IMG/VR virus record: IMGVR_UViG_3300021379_000005
Coordinates: 1-64,000 of that record
Length of the DNA: 64,000 bases
Source of the DNA: a virus
Taxonomy: Duplodnaviria; Caudoviricetes
Strand: one strand, 5' to 3'
The position numbers and the translations under genes are program-made. Shown here piece after piece: positions 28,209-36,800 of this stretch (within the stretch, counting starts at the first letter, position 1; each line of letters starts with the position of its first letter). The notes below the pieces were generated by a model. It was not told the origin of the DNA. It worked only from the letters and a program-made list of their open reading frames with translations, and did no database searches.

Positions 28209-28499
28209 TCATCCACCAGCAAAAACATTTCCACTACCAACGGCAACAGAAGAACCACATGCGACTGGATCTCCTATTCTACCGACCTGTAATCCATTCG
28301 CAAAAACTGTACTAGAACCAGATGAAAGAACAGAACCATGACATGTGGGCGGCGGGCAACAATGAGTCGCCCATCCATCACTTTGTCGATGAACTGGAAT
28401 ACTATTTACAAACACATTTCCACTTCCTTGGACACTCGCTCTTGGTGGAAAACAACCGTGTCCTGTACAGGTGTCGCCCTTTCTAGTTACAGCTGGCAT
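28209..28499 (-). CDS. gp5.4: PAAR-repeat baseplate spike-tip protein (T4 gp5.4-like, 96 aa)
   Basis: MPAVTRKGD.C.GH..FPP...GS.NVFVN..PVHR..D.W..H...H......GS.TVFANG....RIGDPVACGS....GS.NVF, with His/Cys metal ligands. Confidence 0.95.
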   Translation of the reverse strand: MPAVTRKGDTCTGHGCFPPRASVQGSGNVFVNSIPVHRQSDGWATHCCPPPTCHGSVLSSGSSTVFANGLQVGRIGDPVACGSSVAVGSGNVFAGG

Positions 28500-31400
28500 A
28501 TACTGGATATCCTCTAATTACTTTTGCATCCTGATCAAAGTCATAGAATACTTCTTCGGAAACTTCAAATTCACAATTGAGTACAAACGGTTCGATGTTT
28601 TCCAAATATGTAAATTGATTGTTCTCAGACTCTATATATGGATAATTTGTATTAAAATATTCGATAGAAACCTGTGATAGTTTGGCCTGGTTTACATTAT
28701 ACTTATCCGTTGTTCCAAATTCAAGTTTAACAAAACTGTCAATATACTCTATATATTCTTCTCTCTTCTCTTCTGTCATAAAACTTCTAGAGTTAATTAT
28801 AAAATTTTTCTTCCAACTATAATCCTCATATGTAATAACACCCTCATTATAATTATTTATTGCCTGTATCCAAGCATTATCAAGTGCAGTATTATTTCTA
28901 GTAGTATCATATGTGTAATAACCTTTACTTCTTTGGTCTGCAATCCACTTTAATCTATCTTGATTCTCTGGTGTCTGTATTTTATCAGATTTGTGCAAGA
29001 ACAAATCTTTATCGTATGTAAAGTTATTCCATATTGGCATAATTATTTCTATATTTTTTATCAATCCCCCACTATTATCAATAATAAAATCGTGTACGAC
29101 TGCTTGCAAGGATGTTTCTTTACTTGCAACATATCTGAAATTTGTGATTGGTGATTCATCTGTAATTGCAAAATAACCCTCACTTGCAACAGTTCCATCT
29201 ATAATATCTTGCAACTCATCAATTCTTTCTTGTATAAGAGTTGCAGTGTTTCCAGTTGCAAAAACTAAGTCTTCTTGTAATTTTGCAATTTCAATTGCTG
29301 CAGTTTGAGTACTAGGAACAAAAACAGAAGTTTGAGTAGTTTCATTTGAAGTTACATCAATATCACCTTTCAGTTCTCTATATTCGTATCGTGTTACCGT
29401 TACGGTTTCGACGCCAGTATCTCTTACAACCTCGGTTGTGTAATCAAAACCAACACTATCAATTACAAGAGTGGTATCATCTCCTTGTTCAATAACTTCA
29501 TCAAAAGAATATCTTTCAGTGCCAGAATGTATTACATCCAATTCTCCTCTAGTAGTGTTTGTACCAGTCATCTGTAAAGTAAATATTCTAGGATTGGTTA
29601 ATTGGAAATCAGAATAATCATAGTCTATATTATCAGCGTGTGAAGTCCATACACCATCTATTTCTTGTCCCTGACTTTTCATCCAAGTTTCAAATGCGTT
29701 TTTTCTCACAAACATATCAGTTTCGCCGAGTCTACCTTTAATAGTATTCCCATCCAATTCTAGACAATCAGGTAGTCTACCAGTTTTATCGTTTTTAATT
29801 ATTTCATATGTAAAATTATATTGTTTTTTCGCTGCTCTGGCCAATCCCCATCCACTTTCAAATGAACCGTTCTTGTCTAAATCCCAATCTACTTCAGAAA
29901 ATTCAAATAAGAATTTTCCTCCACTACCAACATCACCAAGAACCTGTGTTTCTCTATATTCTTGGTCTACATGAAATGCACCACTACCATGGTTTTTACC
30001 AACACTATTTTCCTTTATGAATCCTAAAAACGCTCCTTCTTTATACCGACTTTTAGGAACTTCTACAGTAGTAGGTTCGTGTCCATATGCATCTGAACCA
30101 TCACTTCTAGGATGTCCACTTTCATATTTTTCATAATAAGTGGATTGGAACTTTGTGGCATCCCAAAGATTAGACGAAACACCAATAAAAGAATCAAAAA
30201 CAAATTCATATGTTGGTTGATCACTTACAATAAATTTCGGTTTAAATATTTCTTCGAGCATTTTAAATTTAAAACTATTTTTAGGATCAATACCAGTATC
30301 TTTTGCAAGTAAATAGTTTTGTTCAATCATATAAGTGACATCATTCATATTATATTGGAAAGGACTAAAGTTTAAACTAGTATTCCATTCATCCAAATCA
30401 ATAAAGAATAATTTATTAATATATGTCTTGTCTAAAGTTTCTGTATAGAAAGGTGCAACATTAAACTGAATATCTTTTGCTCTATCAAAGAAAACAGACT
30501 TAGGATAATCAAATTCAAATATTTTAACAGTCTCTTTAAATAAAGTATTATCTAAAACAATATCTCTAGATTTTATAAAGTAATCATTTGGCGGAATTAC
30601 AACATCCATTACCTCTTCAATCTGTTGATTATATTTAAACGCAGAATCTTTATATTTTGCAAAGTAATGATTAATAGGAATATTAATATCCTTTGGTTTT
30701 CCAAAGTATAGTGATTTTGTTATATCGGATGCCTCATCACTAGGTTTAAAATAATATAAACCAGTATTAGTGTCTAATATCAAGTCTTGTGTGTTAGATG
30801 TAGTAAATTCTGCCCTTGGTAATTCGCCCAATAAATTAAGATTATCTCTTATTATAGTATATTCGGCTCTTGGCAAATCTCCAAAGTTATAAGTCATTCC
30901 TGCAATATTTACTTCCCAAATCTTTGTTATTAAATCTTGTTTTACTTTTAGTCCGCCTAGAGTTTGTTCAAATATTGGCGTACTTGGCCGTCTATCAATA
31001 AAATCCATTTCCCATATTTTAGAAATATCCAGAGACTTCCCACCAGTAAACGGTGAATAGTCGAAGTGAATAGTTTTTGCTTGCAATATCATATTAATAT
31101 TGTTATAATCTAAAATTGTCGTTCCATATAAATCGGGTCGCATCAATTCAACAACATCTTGATTATATCCATCCATTCCAACTGTCAATTCAAAAGTTCT
31201 TAAATTAAATTTTGCGATTGATTCTAGTTCTTGTTTGTCAACAACAAATCTAGTTGGGGAAATTGTTTCAATAAAGTAAGGATTTGAAACTGGGCCCGTC
31301 AACTCTTCTGACATATAAGTTCTTTCGGTTCCCATTCCGCCTACTGCAATGAAGCCGTTTCTAGACGTTGGATAATCTTCGGATGTAGTCTCCGTTTCTA

Positions 31401-33798
31401 CATCGATCAAGGGCTCAAATATAACATCTTCCCAAGAGGCATTTGCTGCAGAAAAGTTACTTATACCAATTCTAGAGTAAATAAATCTTTCTAGTTCTGG
31501 GTCTGATGACAAATCAATTTCAATTTCTGTAGATAGATCAATAGTTTCTGGGTCATCAAATTGACTTGTGTAAAGTTTTACAATATTTGCACGTTTTTCG
31601 ATTCTTATCTTTGTTCCATTCGGAAACATATTCCACTGAGGGCCTTGTGATTCCACTTCTGCGTCTAAAAATTCAGCAGGAACTTCTGGTTTTGGTGCAG
31701 TAGGAGTTCCATCCCATATTTCATGATAGAAAGGATTGATATCTTTATCAAATTCATACTCATAATCAATAACCTCATCAGGACGCAGGCCCAACCATTC
31801 CCACGGTTCTCCAAGAGTACTACTTGCCTGATTACAGTTTGCAATTGCCAACCAAGACTTGCCCCTAAAGTGTTGGCCAAGGGCACGCAAAACACTTAAT
31901 GTATATTCTTTGCCGTCTTCAAAGACAAAACCTATAACCAATCCAACTGCATCATTATCAAACTCTCCACTCTTTACCCTGACTTCTAAATTATAATTTT
32001 CATAAGATTCAAAGGATACAAATCCAGTATAACCTCTAAAATTTTGAGTAGAAACTATTTTATTATCGACAATATCATATACATATGCAGTTTCCAATTC
32101 ATCTTGTGGATCAAATGGATACACCGCATCATCACCCAAATGAGAAAATCTATACCAAGAATTAAATATTTGATCTGCTCGCAAACCATCAGTAAATGGG
32201 TTATCAAATAATCTAGGAATTCTTTCAATCTCAAACCAAACAATACCATCGTAGGATGGAAAATTGAGAGAAAGTAAATCAATACTTAAATGTACCCATT
32301 CTTTATCTACTTGGCCACTTAAATCAAAATCAATTTCATCAATTAAAGAAGATGTATTTTTAGAATAAAAATTAGTTAAGTCTTCCAATACATCTTCGTG
32401 TTTTTCTTTTGAGTGATAAACAGATACTCTTAAATGTTCATTAAATAAACTAAAATCTATATCTTTAACACTTACTGAAAAATGAAATACATCTTCAAGG
32501 GTATTCATTCTCTGCGAAGGATGTCTTGGATGCCAGTATTTAAATGGGACGGTTGCAGTTTTTCTATTATAACCATCTAATACAACATATACCCCATCCT
32601 GTTGTTCATCTAAGGTAGAACTAATTTGTGGAATATATCTTTTGTTTACATTATATTTGTTTTTAAATGCACCTTGATTAAACTCATCGTAAGTTGATGT
32701 ATATGTTGTTGCTGTAACATTACCAAATAACAACTCAGAGTTTATCGTAGTGTATAATTTTGCATTCGTGTCTTCGGCATATTGTTCGTCTATTCTTTCG
32801 CCATTTTTTATACCAATATATAAATATGCACTTCTATAATCCCATGCAGAATTTGCAAAATTTGTAATAAAATTATTACTTAATTCGCCTGTCCACAAAG
32901 TTTTATTCGCACTAGGTTCATCAAAAGTGTTTATGATAATCATATCACCATCAGAAAAAGTAGAAATAAAATTTCTTAGATTTATTGCATTGAAATATCC
33001 TACAGTTCTAACTTCTCTAAAAGTAACTGTAAAATTTTCTGGTGGTAAATTTTGTAATGTGGCTCTGGTGGAAATTGTTGGAGACTCAACTGATCCTGCG
33101 ATAAATCCCATAGAATCTAATGCAGCAAAAGTATCAGAGTCATTTATATCGTATGTCCCTACAAGTTCATATACCTCACCAACAACTGCGTCTTGTCCTG
33201 TCACCAAAAATGTACTAAGAGACTCTGTAATATCAAAAGTGTCATATTGAATACTATCAACAAATGTCCAAAAACTACCATTCTTGGTTAATTTTGTAAC
33301 TCTAACTCCTCGACTTGTATGATAGAGTTTTTTATCAATTTGTTTTGTGATTGGATTGTAATAATCAATCCTTTGAGATCGATATTCACTGGAATTTGCG
33401 GTGACATTGGCAGCGTCCAATCCAATACTTTCTACTTCAATATAAAAGTTTGGATTATATTCCCCAATACCACCTCTATGAACACTTGTTTGAACTAAGT
33501 TGTCATAATATCTTTGTGCTAAATTTATTCCATTTGTATAGAAATAGTTTGCATAACCAATCTCATCGAGTTCTAGTCCATAGTTCCATACTAAATCAGA
33601 ACGTCTAACCTCATATGTTTGTCCTTGATAAGTTTTTATTCTTTCTAGATCAATCGCATTATTTCTAGGATCAATATCTGGAGTAAAGTAATTTACATAT
33701 TCGACTTGTGGCGGATCAATAGTTTCAACTATAATATTTGAAACTAGTTTAGTTGCAACCTGTATCTTTTGTCCATTAGCGGTTTGAAACTGTGGCAT
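28483..33798 (-). CDS. Large baseplate/virion-associated protein (1771 aa) with ILEI/PANDER-like and lectin (TSP-C/ConA)-like domains
   Basis: SRGVRV...YDTF and FISTFSDGDMIIINTFDEP...YRSAYLYIGIKNG (ILEI-like); DNDAVGLVIGF...YTLSVLR (L-lectin-like); LPDCLELDGNTIKG (Ig-like). Overlaps PAAR by 17 nt. Confidence 0.7.
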   Translation of the reverse strand: MPQFQTANGQKIQVATKLVSNIIVETIDPPQVEYVNYFTPDIDPRNNAIDLERIKTYQGQTYEVRRSDLVWNYGLELDEIGYANYFYTNGINLAQRYYDNLVQTSVHRGGIGEYNPNFYIEVESIGLDAANVTANSSEYRSQRIDYYNPITKQIDKKLYHTSRGVRVTKLTKNGSFWTFVDSIQYDTFDITESLSTFLVTGQDAVVGEVYELVGTYDINDSDTFAALDSMGFIAGSVESPTISTRATLQNLPPENFTVTFREVRTVGYFNAINLRNFISTFSDGDMIIINTFDEPSANKTLWTGELSNNFITNFANSAWDYRSAYLYIGIKNGERIDEQYAEDTNAKLYTTINSELLFGNVTATTYTSTYDEFNQGAFKNKYNVNKRYIPQISSTLDEQQDGVYVVLDGYNRKTATVPFKYWHPRHPSQRMNTLEDVFHFSVSVKDIDFSLFNEHLRVSVYHSKEKHEDVLEDLTNFYSKNTSSLIDEIDFDLSGQVDKEWVHLSIDLLSLNFPSYDGIVWFEIERIPRLFDNPFTDGLRADQIFNSWYRFSHLGDDAVYPFDPQDELETAYVYDIVDNKIVSTQNFRGYTGFVSFESYENYNLEVRVKSGEFDNDAVGLVIGFVFEDGKEYTLSVLRALGQHFRGKSWLAIANCNQASSTLGEPWEWLGLRPDEVIDYEYEFDKDINPFYHEIWDGTPTAPKPEVPAEFLDAEVESQGPQWNMFPNGTKIRIEKRANIVKLYTSQFDDPETIDLSTEIEIDLSSDPELERFIYSRIGISNFSAANASWEDVIFEPLIDVETETTSEDYPTSRNGFIAVGGMGTERTYMSEELTGPVSNPYFIETISPTRFVVDKQELESIAKFNLRTFELTVGMDGYNQDVVELMRPDLYGTTILDYNNINMILQAKTIHFDYSPFTGGKSLDISKIWEMDFIDRRPSTPIFEQTLGGLKVKQDLITKIWEVNIAGMTYNFGDLPRAEYTIIRDNLNLLGELPRAEFTTSNTQDLILDTNTGLYYFKPSDEASDITKSLYFGKPKDINIPINHYFAKYKDSAFKYNQQIEEVMDVVIPPNDYFIKSRDIVLDNTLFKETVKIFEFDYPKSVFFDRAKDIQFNVAPFYTETLDKTYINKLFFIDLDEWNTSLNFSPFQYNMNDVTYMIEQNYLLAKDTGIDPKNSFKFKMLEEIFKPKFIVSDQPTYEFVFDSFIGVSSNLWDATKFQSTYYEKYESGHPRSDGSDAYGHEPTTVEVPKSRYKEGAFLGFIKENSVGKNHGSGAFHVDQEYRETQVLGDVGSGGKFLFEFSEVDWDLDKNGSFESGWGLARAAKKQYNFTYEIIKNDKTGRLPDCLELDGNTIKGRLGETDMFVRKNAFETWMKSQGQEIDGVWTSHADNIDYDYSDFQLTNPRIFTLQMTGTNTTRGELDVIHSGTERYSFDEVIEQGDDTTLVIDSVGFDYTTEVVRDTGVETVTVTRYEYRELKGDIDVTSNETTQTSVFVPSTQTAAIEIAKLQEDLVFATGNTATLIQERIDELQDIIDGTVASEGYFAITDESPITNFRYVASKETSLQAVVHDFIIDNSGGLIKNIEIIMPIWNNFTYDKDLFLHKSDKIQTPENQDRLKWIADQRSKGYYTYDTTRNNTALDNAWIQAINNYNEGVITYEDYSWKKNFIINSRSFMTEEKREEYIEYIDSFVKLEFGTTDKYNVNQAKLSQVSIEYFNTNYPYIESENNQFTYLENIEPFVLNCEFEVSEEVFYDFDQDAKVIRGYPVYASCN

Positions 33799-33811
33799 TC
33801 TTAACTATCCA

Positions 33812-36800
33812 TCAACTAAAAAATCTGTTGCCCAATTCTCTATCAACAAATGGGCCAATATATTTATTTGCTGATAAGACAGGCGTTAAGACATATAATT
33901 TTATCTCACCATCTCTCATTACGATTGTACCAAGTTCCCTTGTTCCATCATCCTGACTGGGTGGATTGCTTGGTGCGTCTTCATCAATTTCTTCATCGTT
34001 TGTGGGCGGAACTGGTGGATCATCGTCAGGCTCTTCACTTGGAATGACTGGTGGTTGTGAATCATCGTCAGGCTCTTCACTTGGAATTACTGGCGGTTGT
34101 GAATCATCATCAGTTTCTTCATCTTGAATAACTGGTGGTTGACCATCATCATCAGTTTCTTCGTCTGGAATAACTGGAGGCTCAGAAACATCTGGAGTAT
34201 CATCTTCGTCACTGACAGGCGGTTGTGAAACGTCTTCTGTATCATCAGTATCTGTTACTGGTGGTTGTGAAACGTCTTCTGTATCATCAGTATCTGTTAC
34301 TGGTGGTTCCGAAACATCTTCTGCAACGTCTTCATCAGTAACAGGTGGGTCAGAAACGTCTTCCGTATCATCAGTGTCTGTTATGGATGGCTCAGAAACA
34401 TCTTCAGTAGTATCTTCATCATCTACCGCCGGTGTTGTATCATCCTCTTGTGTATCATCTAATGTTTCATCGGCACCATCTTGGTCAGTTTGTCCTTCTC
34501 CATCGGAAACTCTTACTGATGGGTCTGTTTCAAAATCATCTTCTTCGCCAGGCGGCACCCCAGGCTGGTCTTCTGGGACTTCATCATCCGAACCAGTAGG
34601 AACTTCTTCGTTATCTGTATCATTTCCATCTGTAACTGGTGGAGTTGTGTCATCCTCTCCATCCTCATCAGTAGAGGGAACTGAATCGGTATCATCAACA
34701 CCGTCTTCATCAGTAGAGGGAACTGAATCGGTATCATCAACACCGTCTTCATCAGTAGAGGGAACTGAATCGGTATCATCTACAGTGTCATCCCCAGATG
34801 ATTCTGTTGTGTCCGTATCGTCACCAACGGTTTCATCATCTGATGTAGATGTATCTGTTGCATCATCTACTACATCCTGTTCTCCGCCAACTCCAGCATC
34901 AGTATCTTCTACAGCATCATCTTCACTTGTCGAGTCTCCAGATTCATCTGTAGTTACATCTGTACCATCTTCGGTAGTATCCGTTTCGTCACTAACCGTA
35001 TCATCTTCACTTGTCGAGTCTCCAGATTCATCTGTAGTTACATCTGTACCATCTTCGGTAGTATCCGTTTCGTCACTAACCGTATCATCTTCGCCTTTAG
35101 TGTCACTTGGTTGATCTGTAGTTACATCTGTACCATCTTCGGTGGTATCCGTTTGATCGTCAACCGTATCATCTTCTGAGGTTGGTTGTCCAGACTCATC
35201 TGTGGTTTCATCTGCGCCGTCTTCGGTGGTATCAGTTTCGTCCTCTGTTTCATCTACAGACGGTTCTACTGAAGTAGTATCATCTTCTGTTTCATCTACA
35301 GATGGTTCTACTGAAGTAGTATCATCTTCTGTTTCATCTATAGATGGTTCTACTGAAGTAGTATCATCTTCTGTTGCATCTGTTTCTGTTTCTACTGAAG
35401 TGGTATCATCTGTAGTTTCATCTATATCTGATACGGGCGGTTGGTTTTCATCATCACGATCATCGACATCAACCTCTATACCATCATTTTCATCATTCGG
35501 TTCTTCCGAATCAATGACTGGTTCATTTAGCTCATCAGTAGTTTGATTATCATCGGTAACAGAAGTTGTTGAGTCATCTTCAGATGCAGTATCATCGGTA
35601 ACAGAAGTTGTTGGGTCATCTTCTACATCGGTGTCATCAGTAACAGAAGTTGTTGAGTCATCATCTGAAGTTTCAGTATCTACTACCGTTGTTGTTCCAT
35701 CATCTTCTGTCTCGGCATCATCAGTAACAGAAGTTGTTGAGTCATCTTCAGATGCAGTATCATCGGTAACAGAAAGGGTAGAATCATCATCAGAGGTTTC
35801 ATCTGCACTAGAAGTTGCATCACTATCATCATCCAAACCATCATCACCAACATTAGTGGTTTCTTGTTGATCTGCTGATGTATCAGAATCAGATTCAGTA
35901 TCACCAGATTCATCTACTGATGTATCTGTGTCCGTAATAGTTTCTATTTGTTGATCTGCTGATGTATCAGAATCAGATTCAGTATCACCAGATTCATCAA
36001 CCGGCGTGTCTGATTCCGTTTCTGTTACAGTTTGTTCATCTGTAACATCACTTGCATCATCTGAAACTGGTTGTACTTCATCTTCAACCTCAGAGTCTGG
36101 TGTCTCAGTCGTAATTGGGTCTTCTTCTGGTACTTCACTAGGGGTTGTAGTTTCGTCTGACGCATCTTCTGGTGTTTCGGTATCAGTAACACCTTCAAGT
36201 TCAGAATCAGAAACCACATTTCCATCAGATACAGTCTCTGAAGATTCGTCTTCCTCATCTAAAGAGGGCGAAAGTGTAGCATCCGTATCATCATCAACGC
36301 CAGCATCTGAAGACTCTGTGGTGTCTGTGGCATCGTCTATTGTTGCATCTGGAGACTCAGTAGTGTCTGTGGCATCGTCTACAGTTGCATCTGGAGACTC
36401 AGTAGTGTCTGTGGCATCGTCTATTGTTGCATCTGGAGACTCAGTAGTGTCTGTGGCATCATCTACAGTTGCGTCTGGCGACTCAGTAGTGTCTGTGGCA
36501 TCGTCTACAGTTGCATCATCTACTGAAGTTTCTGTGACCTCATCATCGACACTTGTATCAGAAGTTGTTGAATCTGCACTATCTTCTTCGACAACTTCTC
36601 CATCACTTCCAACTGAAATTTGTTCGTCTGAAGTGGTGTCCTGCGAATCTGCTGTTTCACTGGCAGCATCCAACTTTTCTTCCAGTTGCTGTTCTTCTGG
36701 AGACTCTTCTGTTCTTTCTTGTTCAACACCTTCTGTTGTTTCTACTGTGGTATCAATATCTGCAGTAACTTCTTCTACTACATCTTGTTCTTCTGAACTA

